Below the pieces are notes generated by a model. That model was not told the origin of the DNA and searched no databases. It was given only the letters and a program-made list of their open reading frames with translations. Of a stretch of DNA of 64,000 nt, positions 47,444 through 60,611 are shown in pieces. The stretch spans positions 17,980,001-18,044,000 of the forward strand of contig CM060731.1 in NCBI GenBank assembly GCA_030704615.1, given 5' to 3'. How positions within the stretch are numbered: the first letter of the stretch is position 1; the number at the start of each line of letters is the position of its first letter. Both the position numbers and the translations under genes were made by a program. Origin of the DNA: Takakia lepidozioides. Its lineage: Eukaryota > Plantae > Bryophyta.

Positions 47444-50400
47444 ATGGAAGGAGCAGTGCTTGGTGGAGCGGGAGTGAGGTCAAACACAGGTTTGCCGGTA
47501 GGTAGAGTATCATTTGTTGATAGGGCACGATCTCACCCTCGTCTTCCAACCTCAGCATTTGATAGCACATCATTGTCTAGTATTGTGTTTCCCCGCTTTA
47601 CACGTAAAGAATTTAAGCACTCTAGGTCAAAGCGGCGGCCTTTCGACTATTGCCCGTTGGTTGTTGTAGCAACGTTGGACACCGGCAATGTACTAGTTAG
47701 TCTAGCAGAGGATCAGAAGCTGAAACAAGTGCCTAAAAGAGGAAGGAAATTGAAAATTGTAGCCCCTGTGGTGCGGTCACTCACATTTGCTGCACCTTCT
47801 GAAGATCTGGTGGAATTAGAAATCTTAAAGAATGTATACAGGCGTATCCTCTCTGCGACTTTGGAGAACACGTACAAGCAGCCGTCGTTTGAGCTCCTTG
47901 TAAGTGATCTGGAAGCACAGGCAAGATCTGTATCAAACGTGTCTCCAATTGACACGGACACTTCCTCAAGCAGTGTCGCACCTACGGCTATCAAGAAACG
48001 GCGTGTGACGAGGCCTAAGATTGACAGTGACCAGACTGTGGAAACAATCAGCAAATCTAGCGGCACCAAAGTTGGCAAGGATTCTTCGAAAGGCTGTCCG
48101 GCAAACTCCTCAACGGTGGTGGAGAAATTGACAGCAGATGTAGGGGGGAAGCGACGTCTGAACCTTTTGAACCGAGTTGCATTGAGGAAGGAAAGGGAGG
48201 ACAAGCTACGGCAGGAGGGCGATCTGGCAGTTGTGGATGACAATGGTAACACTGGAGAGTACGAGCTGTGGTCGCACAAGTCTGAGCAACTGATCCGCAA
48301 GTATAGTATATCCTTGGACCTCAGAGCACCTATCTGGGAAAATTTGGACCGGAGGCTCCTCAGAAAAGAGGAGGAGTGCACGCTTGCTTCTCTCATGAAG
48401 CCAATGAAGGTACACAGCTATGTACAGTCTACCTTCCTTCGTGCTTGTGGTCACTTGGAAGCGGACTTCACCAGACTTCACCTATCTATCTTGTGGACTT
48501 GTGTTTGAGGAAGCACTCGTGTGATTGCATATAGTTATGTGAGCCTTTGGCTTTGTAGACCTTGTGTATTGCAGACTCAAGGGTTTGTCTTGAACAAAGA
48601 AGGCTTTGACTTTGAGTTCATGTTTCTATTAGATTCTTCCTCCTATTCTATAAGGTATCACTTCTTCTCACCTTCAAGTATATCAATATTGGTGAAATCA
48701 AGGGATTTTCCAGTAATTATCAACTTGTCTGAAACCCCTATCTTCCATAGATCACCCACTTAGCACATACCAGCTAGCCCTAGATTGCTCCTGCAAGGTG
48801 GTCAACAGTGTGCACCCTTAAAAAATGCTCAACGTGTTGATGTGGTGAGTTCTGACCACTTGCCACACCAAATAAACTTGGCTTTGGAACTGAGCAAGTA
48901 TGTGCTTGAGTTTTGCAGGAGTTGGAAAAGTTGAAAACTTCATTGAAGGATGAAATTGGCAGAGAGCCCACGGATGAGGAGTGGGCAAATTCTGCTACAT
49001 TGGACTTAACAACACTTCGCCGCCAACTTGCATTGTGTCGTGCTGCAAGAATGAAGCTCATCCAGGTATATACCTTTTAGTTTGGATTCTGATCCTGGTC
49101 TTGGAGAAATTCAAAGTGTTCTTGCACTTTAAGAGCCTTGCAGGGACTGTTTGTGCCAATGTGCATATGCACCGTCACCTTTTGGAGGGAAGATGAGAGA
49201 AGAGCTGGAAGCCTACAGATGGGTGTCCAGTAACTGCTTTCTCCCAGCTCAGATGAAGAGCACTAGAGAGAGGTTGAAATAAGCTTTTGCAATTTGGTAC
49301 CTCTGACCAAGTACGTATATTGTGTGCAGCACAACCTACGGTTGGTGCTTTCGCAGGCACATAAATACTATAAGGAGAGTATGAGTTTGTCTCTCCACGA
49401 TTTGTGTCAGGAGGGGGTAGTGGGTCTCATGCGCAGTGTTGACAAGTTTGACGCAAAGAAAGGTTACCGCTTTTCCACATACGCTATCTACTGGATACGA
49501 AATTCTATCTTGCGGGCTCAGACAAGGTCAGGGCACATGTTGCGATCACCAATTAATGTATCTATGGTGAGTCACTCTCTCTCCCTCTCCACTCTTTGAC
49601 TACTCTTTTTAGTTGCACAATATATCTGGACATGATCCCCCTTGTTTCACCATAGAAAGTGGATTTAATGATTTAAATATCCATTCAAGAGTAGTTCGGC
49701 TGACAGTACACTATATTGAAACCTTTAACACACACGCCTCGTTCTTTGCTTCTCCTCTGAACCTGTTTGTGCAGCATAGAATGAGTATCAAGCGCACTAA
49801 GATGGAACTTATGTTGGAGTTAGAGAGAGTCCCAACAAGCAAAGAGATTATGCAGAGATTGGGGCTACGTGCCGAACGATATCGGGACATTCTGTGAACA
49901 AGTATTCGCACAAGCTCTTTGCATGAGCGATGCAGAGTGACCGGGAGGGAGCGTGGTGAGAATTTAGGGGACACAGATGATGCAGCTACATTTAAATATC
50001 CATTCAGGAGTAGTTCGGCTGACAGTACACTATATTGAAACCTTTAACACACACGCCTCGTTCTTTGCTTCTCTTCTTGAACTTCTCTGAACCTGTTTGT
50101 GCAGCATAGAATGAGTATCAAGCGCACTAAGATGGAACTTATGTTGGAGTTAGAGAGAGTCCCAACAAGCAAAGAGATTATGCAGAGATTGGGGCTACGT
50201 GCCGAACGATATCGGGACATTCTGCGAACAAGTATTCGCACAAGCTCTTTGCATGAGCGATGCAGAGTGACCGGGAGGGAGCGTGGTGAGAATTTAGGGG
50301 ACACAGATGATGCAGCTACGAGCCTTATGAATTTCATAGGAAACACTATGCTGCGCTTTGGGATGGATGATGTGGTATGTTCCATAATAACTCCAATCCC

Positions 50401-50760
50401 CTCTTTCATTCCCAGGCACTTTTGGGATGCATTTGCTGTTGATTGGAAGGATGAGTTTTCGATATTTTTCATGATGGCCTTGAATTCTAAAATCTCTGCA
50501 GTTCAAGTAAAGGAAAGTCTACAGGCGAGGGTTTTAACATGTGGCTTGATTGAATGGAACAGCTGGATTCGCTAAAACCCAAGGAAAATCTGGTGTTGAG
50601 GCAGAGGTATGGTCTAGATGGCAAAGGCGAGCGGTCTCTCACAGAGGTTGGTCGCAATCTTAATCTTTCCAGAGAGATGGTCCGCAGATATGAACTCCGG
50701 GGGCTCATGAAGATGAAGCATCCGGCTCGTGCAGATTACCTCCGCAAGTACTTGGTTTAA
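47444..50760 (+). CDS. SIG5: Plastid RNA polymerase sigma factor SIG5 (sigE), 5 exons, about 605 aa
   Basis: Exons 47444-48409, 48919-49065, 49330-49566, 50105-50374, 50563-50760, all phase 0. Sigma70 region 2: HNLRLV...[32 protein letters not shown]5-type region 4: [24 protein letters not shown]...L..SREMVR.....LMK.KH..R.DYLR.Y. Ser/Arg-rich transit-peptide-like N-terminus. Confidence 0.93.
49671..50319 (+). repeat. Tandem duplication (49671-49989 / 49990-50319) of the SIG5 intron 3 end plus most of exon 4
   Basis: Near-identical copies. Copy A has CGA>TGA at 49895-49897 and no exon-4 donor. Copy B has an 11-nt longer pyrimidine tract. Confidence 0.95.
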
Positions 50761-52594
50761 TCAGGGGTAGGAGCTAGTTAGAACCAAGGTGGATTCCAAA
50801 CAGGGTTGTTCATACATTGAGGGATTGGTTGCCAGTGCCCCGTGTCAGATTGATGCCCTAGGCCCAATTGGCTTTTGATTGTCAATTGGTTTGTATCCAT
50901 GGTACTAAACTTGCATCCATTGCTCATTTGAATGTCCATAAGCTCATGTACTATCTTGCTTGGCTGAATTTTGCCTTGTAAAATCTTCTCTCTCCCTCTC
51001 TGCCCTTGTTAGGCTACTGTCGACCTGTAGCACAATCACAGCCACATATGTCAAATTTGGGGCTGCGTCAACCCTGTTCTCACTAGTATGATGGTACATG
51101 TATAAACAACACTCTATTCCCTGTACTTAGATTTTCTTTGGTTGCATTAGTCTCTCTCATCCCTTCCCGGGATTGTAGTTGGCTGTGTGCGTTTTGAGAT
51201 GAGTCTTATATACCCAACTCCTGAATGATTATCTCACTCCCGCAGTACTATAGCCAGTACTCGGAGGGAATGGACAATGAGTACATTCCTAGCCTTCTTT
51301 GCGGAGGAAAAGGAGAAGCATCTTGCATCAAGTTACAAATGCGAATCCTCTATCGCAACCTTTGGCATGCCAGCTGAAGGCCCAAACAGGTGGGAATTGG
51401 CTATCAGACAATCGCTCCAAATTCAAGGTTCAGGTTCAGAGAAGGCTGAGGTCAATCCCATACCACTTCCTCATTTTGGCTTTGAAAGCAGTGCAATGTT
51501 TGCTTCTGCAAGGAGAAAGGAGTAAATCTAATCATTGGAGCGCTTGGGCAGACAACCAAGGTGATGATGGCAAAGCTCTGTCGCGGACTATGGAGCAAGA
51601 ACAAACTTTCAAGTGGCTCAGTCATAATTATGTTCCACAATTGCTCATGTAACTTCAGATCTTAATTCTCCAGCACACATACGACTCCGTTCTCAAACAT
51701 TCACTTCAGCAGCCTCCCTCCCAATGGCACCAATGAAAATGGAGGTGGAAGGGGAAGACTTCGGTGGTAGTTGGAGCACAAAGAGCTACTTCACCTAATG
51801 TTACACAACACTCTATACACCTCAAGGAGCCTGACACTAGACCTTGCATACATCAGAGCCACTGGTATGGGTGAGAAAGACGATTTCTAACTATGACTGC
51901 CATTGTTACCGCGCTCAAGCACGTGGGGAGATCATCATCCCTTCCCCGTGCTTCATCTCTTCCCCATGCTGCAAGACACACCTCTCGGTTGTTTTTGGGC
52001 ATTTTTGGGCAGGTTCCAACAACATTGACGATGATGATGTGGCAATGAAACGTGGCAGATGATGAAGTGGCACAAAGACACCCTATTTCCGTCATAAGCT
52101 CCCGGCAAAAGGCGATTTGTGGGTGGCAACTCAAGTAAGGTGAATCGCTTAAAGGAAAGAAGGGAGAAGGTCGTGAAGGTCGCGTTCTTTGGTGGAACTC
52201 TCGGGGCTTGGGCATACTCATCAGCACATTGGCTCCCATGTCAAGCAGTGACTTAAAGGTTCTAGAAAGTCTCGAGTATCCTTGAGTGATGTGTTGTTGA
52301 AACATCATCGCATAAGCTCTAACATCATGCATGTAGTGAGTGAAGTCTCAGCTATCAAACTTTGACATTTCCTATCTTCTATCCCCTCATCTCTTTTACC
52401 TTTCTCATTTTATGACTTCTTTGGATTTTTGAGCTCAACAGTCCATTCTCTTCCATTCTCCAGCTTTTCATGGCTCTTGATGTTGTCACATACATTGTTT
52501 GAAATGGTGATGCATTTGTGGTTAGCTGAAATGTGAATATAGATAATTAACAAAGTAGAAACTCTACGCTAAAAACTAGTCTTTGATTAGTCGC

Positions 52595-53430
52595 CAGAAT
52601 ATGACACACACCGCTCTCAGAGGGATATCCTACATGGTGGATGCTGCACAACCTTTTCTCATTTCAAAATGGGGACTGGCTGCAATCTAGTATTCCAAGC
52701 CCATTATGCTCTACAATCCACTCCCAAAACCAAATTCGTCAAAGAGAGATTCAATTACCAGATACCCCACTTTGAATGAATCGGATGCAACGACACCGGT
52801 GCAACTGGCAACATTCTCGCTTACAGATGTGCAGTTGAATAAGAATGCAGGAGGTTCGAAGAACAATTTTAATGTCTCGGGTGTACTTCAGTTGGCAATT
52901 ACATCCCAAAGAAGCATCTTCTACAGAGGGGGCATTCACTCCCGCTTTGAGATGACCCTGGTTTCTCGCAAATGATCATCGAATTGGAGGGCGTCTCTAT
53001 AGAAACAGAGGTGTATACCTGTATGCTTGGCTATACCCTGTTTCCAGCGAAAGAGGTCAAGAAATTGACTAAGTATTGCAACGTTATGATGCAACTGCAT
53101 TATCCTTGCCAGCAATCTCTTACCAAACCGGGCCATCCATGGCCAAGTCACCAACATTGCAGCTCCTGGTGACGACCATTATTTCAATCCTATCAATGTG
53201 TCATCGCAGATGGAGACATTTGCAGGTTATGAGTACACTATAGGAGCTCTCACAGCTAGAATTTGCAATGAGACTTGTCCCCAAAGTTCTTCAAAGACAG
53301 ATACCTACCGAGGGCCTAAGTCTCGCGAAGCTGCATTGCAACTTATTACTGGACAATGGCTGGATGTTGAGCCTTTTGGCAATGCACCTAGTCTGAAGAA
53401 TTTTGTTTCAAAAGTGTGTTCAGAGTCACA
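52595..53430 (+). pseudogene. Fragmentary DUF2921-family pseudogene (N-terminal part)
   Basis: Motif order FSFQNGDWLQ...LATFSLTDV...NVSGVLQLAIT...EGVSIETE..CMLG..LFP...YEYT...YRG resembles plant DUF2921 proteins. Frameshifts and stops present. Confidence 0.45.
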
Positions 53431-53794
53431 TTGGTTTGATTCACTTATCCATTATAGCCAACCGAACCGAGGTTGGGGAGCATGTGCGTAGGCTCATGCC
53501 TCTCAGTGAGCATGCTTACGCAAGCATAAAAGGATGTACCAAAAATTCCAAGAATACTTAATTTTGAAGATACTTAAGCGAAACAAAAATATGCTCGTGC
53601 TATACAAGATGCGACATTTTTCGAAATATGTGCTCACGTGTGTACAAGCCACACAGCCGGAGCTTAAGGGATTTTCTATTAGGGCCAATTCCTTAAACCA
53701 TGCCTGGTGATAAATTATTATGTTCTATATTATCTGATGTTGTCGCTCATAGCAGCCCCTAAACATATGAAAGTACCGAGATGGAGTTCGGAGC

Positions 53795-56600
53795 GATGTA
53801 GGAGCTCCGTGGTTTGCGGTGAGAAAGAGCCCCCAACGGTCTCTTCGTCTCTCTCGCGCGCCCTACCATCGCCGTCACTACCTACCTCCCTGTCGCTTGG
53901 GGAAAGAATGATTAGCAATCCCTGACTATGGAACTTCAGCTTCCAAAAATAATGGATTACTGCTATCACCTCTGTCCTTTCTAGTGAAAATCATCACCTT
54001 CCCTAAATTTCAAGGCCACCATCATAACCTCTTCATCCTAAGTTCTTTCTCTTAACTCTCCCACAAGTAAGCGGCGCATTTCATCCGTATCGGGATTCCA
54101 AAGCCCCTGTTGTCGCCGCCAACTTCATGGCGCTTAACTTCACCTTGCCACCTGGTCGGGCCTCTCAGAAGCTGATACCAGCTACCCCCCCCCCCCCCCC
54201 CCCCCCCTCCACTCTCTCGCTACACTGCACTTGCTCTCTAAGTCACTTTGCTAAGATAATTGGATGGACCTTCTGTAATTGGCTGAGTTTGCCTACAACA
54301 ACACTATACATTCTTTGACTAAGCAAACACATCTCTCCCAGCTCCACTGCTCCTATTGCTTACATTCTTGATTCTTGTTATCACGCCTCTGAGACTTTCT
54401 TCTCTCCGACATAGGTCCTCTCCACGCCTCACAGCTACGCCGAAACTCCAATTCATGGAAGCGCACCCGTCCAGGCACTTCTAGAACCCCACTGATCACC
54501 AATCCTCAACCATCCTCGGGCACTGGTTTCTTTCTGGCCCACCAGGCCAGATCAATCCTTCCTCATCACCCATCCGTCAGAAGGACAGACTCACCAATGC
54601 GCGTGATTCAACCAGCATGTCAGCAGGTACAACCCCGTCAGATGGACCCCATGCCTGCCATAGACAACAGCACCCAAGACGATCATGCATACCTTGTTCA
54701 GGAAGACGTGGAGGAGCAAGAAGCCATGGCAAGGGAATGGGATCTTATCTCCATGAATGTACCTCAGATGCGTAAGAGAGTGGAATCATTAATGGAAGAA
54801 AGAGACATCTTGGTCCACTTTCTGGGGAAAACGGTAGGCAGAGCCCATGTCTAGGACTGGGCGCTTCGCCACTTGGGCGGACTAGGGGCGCTAAAGCAGC
54901 ACTTCTGCCACTATAAGGGAAGGGGTTTTTTCTCAATTGCATTCGAAAATCAGGTAGCTGCAGCACAAGCCCTCAATTTTAATCCTCATCTGAACGGATT
55001 CAATGTCAATATCTTCCCTTGGTCATCAAACATGGGCAACCGGAATGGGAAATTATGGGGACCCAGAATTGTATCAGCCCCCTTCATTCCAGATCAATAT
55101 CTTCCCAACCTCCCGGATATAACCAACCACTTTGGGTTCTATCTTGGTTGCATTGCAGTATTCGACCCCTTCATGTGCCTGGATAGCATCATGAACGATC
55201 CGGCTTGGAGATCTGGAACCATTGCAGCAAGAGTGAATAACTCAAGCAGTGCAAAATTTGTATTAATGATGCCCAATGAGACTGTTCTTCCACCTTATGT
55301 CAAGCTGCCTATTGACGAAGAAGGCATTTACTACACCATCAAACTCATTGAAGATACATCATCGCAAGCATGCTTCAACTGCGGGAAGCTAGGCCACATC
55401 AGAGCGGAATGTAAAGCAGGGAAAAAAAGAAGATCAGGTGTCAAAAACCACCATAACACCCCTCCATCGGCCAACAGGTGTGATGCAACCACTCCACAAG
55501 GCCCCTCTGCCAGATTTGCAAGGAGTGAACAGCCAAGGGACTTCTCTCCAACAGCTCTGCTCCAGGTGCAAGGGCCAGTCGGGGTGGAAAAAACACAACC
55601 TAGCAGCATCAGTCCCTCATTCAAAATTAACAAAAAGCTAAGGCATCACTTTGATCCCATGAGGGTGAAGCATCAGCTTCCCCAAAAAAGGCCTCATGGA
55701 GTTGCAAAGGACAATGGATCCCAATGCAGGGGGCACTGCCTTCTCCAACTCCTCCTCTGGCGGACTCGGGTATCCTCCCCAACGTGCCACCGTCGAGCTC
55801 CACAATCCTCACTGGGATCGCCAGCCATTCGGCAATAGCAAAAATCTTTAGAGGTATCAAGTCATTCCCACACTTGGCTCTCCATTGCTCCTCTGAAATC
55901 AACACCGAAGACGTCCCCAAGGCCTCATGCATAACTCCATTAGTGTTCAGAAAGGGGGCCCCACGGTCCCTTCTTGTCACAGAATCGGCATGGGAGGATT
56001 TTGCTTCACTGTGGATCACAGTTCAGGATGTCCAACATTTTATTATCAATTGCCCAACCAGCACCTGCCCAGAAAGTATGCTTAGGAAGAAAATTCGGGA
56101 TTTTTGTTGTTCTTCCTCCACACTATCACCTAGCTGGAACCTTAAAAGTCATTTGGGACTCCTTTCTAGAAAATTTCCCGGGGCTCAGCTGCAATCCAGC
56201 AGTGCATATCCTAGCGTTGATGGAGGAAATTGACATTTACCTGGTCCCACCACCCATGGGGGCAATTTGGGTCAAGAAAAGCATTTTGGCAGAATGCAGA
56301 AGTTGACGAAGAAAACCACAAAGGGGATCTGCAGAGAACATGTATGGAGCACAAGTACAATCTTCTTCATCAAGTGCATCAGCAAGTTTGGGAAGCCCAC
56401 ATGCGGCCACACAAATCTCTGAGCTAGCTGCCAACACAAATCAGGAGCTCATAAGTCAGCCCCAGCGTTCTTCAGACAGTCCCCCCCCTAAAAAGATCAA
56501 CCCAGGAACCACCTGCACCAACATCAGGCCCATCCCCAATGGAGCCAAGAAATGCATTGACCCGGGTTCTTCTTCCCCCCGCACCCTGTTTCATCTTCTA
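53795..56600 (+). mobile_element. Second L1-type LINE of the same family, 5' UTR and ORF1 only
   Basis: Shares the 5' motif GTTTGCGGTGAGA(A/G)AGAGCCCCCAACGGT with 30218-30247 and the ORF1 motifs GTGFF.AHQA and GRGFFSI..FNVNIFPWS..MGNRNGK with 31941-32840. Zn knuckle CFNCGKLGHIRAEC. Truncated at about 56600. Confidence 0.8.
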
Positions 56601-56617
56601 TATAGACAGGCTCAATT

Positions 56618-57670
56618 CTAAAAGATGTTGGTTGCTATGCTGCAAGCGCAACAGTGCCAAATCGGTTTGCAGGAAAATCCCGACTTAGCGCTTCCTTTTT
56701 CATGTGAGGCCAAATGGGTCGCCCATTGTACCCAATTATCCCAATCGCCATTCAATGGGACCCATGCCTGAATCTCCAGCGTTTTGGACAAGCGCCATGC
56801 AGTTGCCATGGCAATGTCCCACTCCTTTGTAACGCGGTCGACATCTAATATCGGGTTCATCTCCGATTGAATGGCGACCCTCGAGCATTCCCCGGTTTCC
56901 AACACTGGTTCTTTTCCTTTCCTCCTTCTCTCATCCGCAATTCGTTGTTCCTCAACCATGGTTTCATCGGCCAAAGGGTCAAGGACGTCCGTAACTTCCT
57001 GAATGATGAGGTCAATACTGCGATCGGGCATCGCAAACTCCGCGTCCATGTCCACGACGTTTGTTCGATCCTCATTGTGGACACCAGTGCCTTCATTGTT
57101 TGGAGGCATGTCTTGCAATGTAGCTTCCAACTCGGCTATGCGTAGTGTTTGCCAGTCTAGACGGTCCTGCAGGGTCCTGATTCGCTGGTCTCTTTCCGCC
57201 AGTTGTTCCTCTAACGTTGCAACCGGTTGTATTCCGAACGTGTCCGGGATGTACTCCAAATCGTATAGCAACCTTGCGTTCCCCCTATTAGCAGTTTGCC
57301 AATTCACTGGACACAAGAGTATGACCTCCACGTACAACATGGCTGCCAAGGTGTAAGGGATTTGACCCTTTAAGAGAGGTTGACCCCACAATATGCAATG
57401 TATCTCATTCGTCCTATGCTGGAAATGCAAGTTCGTGCAAGATCTGGACTCTGCGTAATTGTTTCAGGTTTGCACGTCATGCCTATCCAAAGGCCACAAT
57501 CGATCGATGTGGTACCATTTCACGAATTTTTTGCATCTCGCCATCGGCCACCAGAACTCTTCCGGAACATCCTCCCAGCCCTCTTCTGCTAGTATACTAG
57601 GCTCACCAAATACTTCTCAATTCAAGTCTTGTCTTGACCCTTTGATTTTCTTAGGGGCGGTCCATGTTCA
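56618..57670 (-). pseudogene. Orphan ORF X (Trp/Cys-rich N-terminal domain, coiled coil, acidic tail) with two in-frame nonsense codons
   Basis: The 270-aa ORF 56618-57430 continues upstream in the same frame through TGA at 57464-57466 and 57617-57619 (APKKIKG...EEGWEDVPEEFWWPMARCKKFVKW...). Heptad segment LEEQLAERDQRIRTLQDRL. Confidence 0.5.
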
Positions 57671-58005
57671 TTGGGGTTATCTCTTCCATGACGGTCGTCG
57701 TCCTGGCCCTCTGCTATTCTACAACAATCGGAGCAACACTAAACGAGGTTTTCTAAAACAAACGTAACTCTAAACCCTTCCCCCGTTAAGTAGGTTTGAG
57801 TAGGTGTCAAAATACTTCCTAAAAACTAATTTTGTAGAATAAAATGATCCTGGAAGCCAGAGGAAAGGCCTATGGGAGTATTCTGCAACAACCTCACAGA
57901 AATCGCGGCAAAAAATACCCCCCACCCAACCAATGGCCTCATTCACAACGTGACTACGTGTCGTGGAATAATGAAATGTCACACACACAGAAGTTGTGTG
58001 GAGAG

Positions 58006-60315
58006 GAAGTGAGAGGAGAATAAACCTCCCTTGGCTTATTACCCCCCCCCCCCCCCGCCCTCATTTCTCGGGCCACGTGCAAGGCGAATCTTCTAGAAGC
58101 GACCACCAGCTTGGCGGTGGCTCGAATTTCCGGAAAATAAAAAAATAAGCGACCGCCAGAACTGGCGGTCGCTCCATTTTTCAGGGAAAAAAAAAAAAAA
58201 AACGACCGCCCGAACAGGCGGTCGCTCCATTTAAAAAAAATTAAAAAAAATAAGCGACCGCCAACATAGGCTATCGGTTCATTTAAAAAAAATAAGCGAC
58301 CGCCAGCATTGGCGATCGCTTCATTTTCAAAACATTTAGAATAAATAAGCGACCGCCAACATAGGCGGTCGCTTCATTTAAAAAATATTAAACATTTAAA
58401 ATATATAAGCGACCGCCAACATAGGCGGTTGCTTCATTTTCAAAAACTTAAAAAAAAATAAGCGACCGCCAACATAGGCGGTCGCTTCATTTAAAAAAAA
58501 TTAAAAAAAATAAGCGACCCCCAACATAGGCGGTCGTTTCATTTTAAAAAACCTAAAATAAATAAGCGACCGCCAGCATAGGCGGTCTCTTCATTTTCAA
58601 AACATTTAAAATAAATAAGCGACCGGCAACATAGGCGGTCGCTTCATTTTCAAAAACTTTAAAAAAAATAAGCGACTGCCAACATCGGCTGTCGCTTCAT
58701 TTTAAAAAAATTAAAAAAATAAAGCGACCGCCAGCATAGGCGGTCGCTTCATTTTCAAAACACTTAAAATAAATAAGCGACCGCCAACATAGGCGATCCC
58801 TTCATTTTCAAAAACTTTAAAATAAATAAGCGACTGCCAACATAGGCGGTCGCTTCATTAAAAAGAATTTAAAAAAATAAGCGACCGCCAACATAGGCGG
58901 TCGCTTCATTTAAAAAAAATTAAAAATAAATAAGAGACCGCCAACATAGGCGGTCGTTTCATTATAAAAAACCTAAAATAAATAAGCGACCGCCAGCATA
59001 TGCGGTCGCTTCATTTTCAAAACATTTAAAATAAATAAGCGACCGCCAACATAGGCGGTCGCTTCATTTTCAAAAACTTTAAAATAAATAAGCGACCGCC
59101 AACATAGGCTGTCACTTCATTTAAAATAAATTAAAATAAATAAGCGACCGCCAGCATAGGCGTTCGCTTCATTTTCAAAACATTTAAAATAAATAAGCGA
59201 CCGCCAACATAGGCGGTCGCTTCATTTTTTTTTAAATTAAAAAATAAGCGACCGCCAACATACGCGGTCGCTTCATTTAAAAAAATTAAAAAAAAATAAG
59301 CAACCGCCAGCATAGGCAGTCGCTTCATTTTCTAAACATTTAAAATAAATAAGCGGCCGCTAACATAGGCGGTCGCTTCATTAAATAAAAAAATTAAAAT
59401 AAATAAGCGACCGCCAGCATAGGCGGTCGCTTCATTTTCAAAACATTTAAAATAAATAAGCGACCGCCAACATAGGTGGTCGCTTCATTTTTTTAAAAAT
59501 TAAAAAAATAAGCGACCTCTAGCATAGGCGGTCGCTTCATTTTGAAAACATTTAAAATAAATAAGCGACCGCTAGCATAGGCGGTCGCTTCATTTTCAAA
59601 ACATTTTAAGTAAATAAGCGATCGCCAACATAGGCGGTCGCTTCATTTTCAAAAACTTAAAAAAAAATAAGCGACGGCCAACATAGGCGGTCGCTTCATT
59701 TTTTTTAAATTAAATAAATAAGCGATCGCCAGCATAGGCTCTCGCTTCATTTTCAAAACATTTCAAATAAATAAGCAACCGCCAGCATAGGCGGTCGCTT
59801 CATTTTCAAAACATTTAAAATAAATAAGCGACCGCCAACATAGGCGGTCGCTTCATTTCCAGAATAATTAAAATAAAAGCGACCGCCAGTAATGGCGGTC
59901 GCCCCATTTCCAAAAATAAAATAAATAAAAGCGATCGCCAGTAATGGCGGTTGCTGCATCTTAAAAAATAATTATCACAGCGACCGCCAGAAATGGCGGT
60001 CGCTGCATTTTGTAAAAACAAAAACTGCCAGTAATGGAAGTGAGGGGAGAATGACTGGGGCTTATATCCCCCCCCCCCGCCTCATTCCTCGTTCCACGCG
60101 CAGGGCAGACCTCGTAGAAGCGACCGCCACCATGGCGGTCGCTCGATTTAAAAACAAATAAAAACGACCGCCACAAATGGCGGTCGCTCCATTTCGCGAA
60201 AAAAAAATAAAAAATAAAAAATTCAAGCGAAGTGAGGGGAGAATGTTCCGGAGCTTATATGCCCCCCTCCCCCGCCTCACTCCGCGCTCCATGCGTAGGT
60301 CACACTTCGTAGAAG
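58006..60315 (-). promoter_or_regulatory. Three copies of a ~90-bp minus-strand core-promoter-like module (58006-58099, 60037-60120, 60229-60315)
   Basis: Shared layout GAAGTGAG(A/G)GGAGAAT...GCTTAT(A/T)...C-run-GCC(C)TCA...CCA(C/T)G(T/C)G...TAGAAGCGACC. On the minus strand this reads as a G-box-like site, a G-run, ATATAAG (TAATAAG in the left copy), then TCACTTC about 25 nt downstream. Confidence 0.55.
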
Positions 60316-60340
60316 CGACCGCCACCTTGGCAGTCGCTCC
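58097..60340. repeat. Array of about 40 palindromic units AAGCGACCGCC-A(A/G)CATA-GGCGGTCGCTT separated by A-rich linkers, period about 52-53 bp
   Basis: Counted 37 consecutive units at 58097-60005 plus 3 more at about 60117, 60163 and 60312. AAGC at 58407 to AAGC at 59826 is 1419 bp over 27 units. Confidence 0.97.
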
Positions 60341-60611
60341 ATTTAAATAAAAATGAATGCACAGTTGAAAGCATGGCACAATTGTTCTCCATTCCACAAG
60401 CAAATCACCGAACACAAACATGAGCAAGTGACGTTGCCTTTGGCCGATATTTTGGTTGGTATACACATGAGCAACATCTTTTATTCTCCAACACATACAC
60501 AACAACAATACAAATACTCATAGTGACAATGATCACATTGGTATTACTTCAGTACAGAAATATAAACGTGTCCACTAAAAAGTGCTTATGCATGCTTACA
60601 GCTATTTTGCT

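Noticed and set aside
47713-48396. 227-aa antisense ORF
   Set aside because: Shadow of SIG5 exon 1 with no domain features. The same applies to the antisense ORFs over DSK2, the nuclease and the Gypsy element.
51250-52340. Protein-coding gene downstream of SIG5
   Set aside because: Only short ORFs on both strands with no recognisable motif or consistent exon chain.
58097-60340. CRISPR array
   Set aside because: The linkers are low-complexity A/T variants of one another rather than unique spacers. There are no cas genes and the context is eukaryotic.
59131-60508. Short ORFs such as MKRPPMLAVAYLF repeats
   Set aside because: Translations of the palindrome array with frames broken by A-tract length changes.
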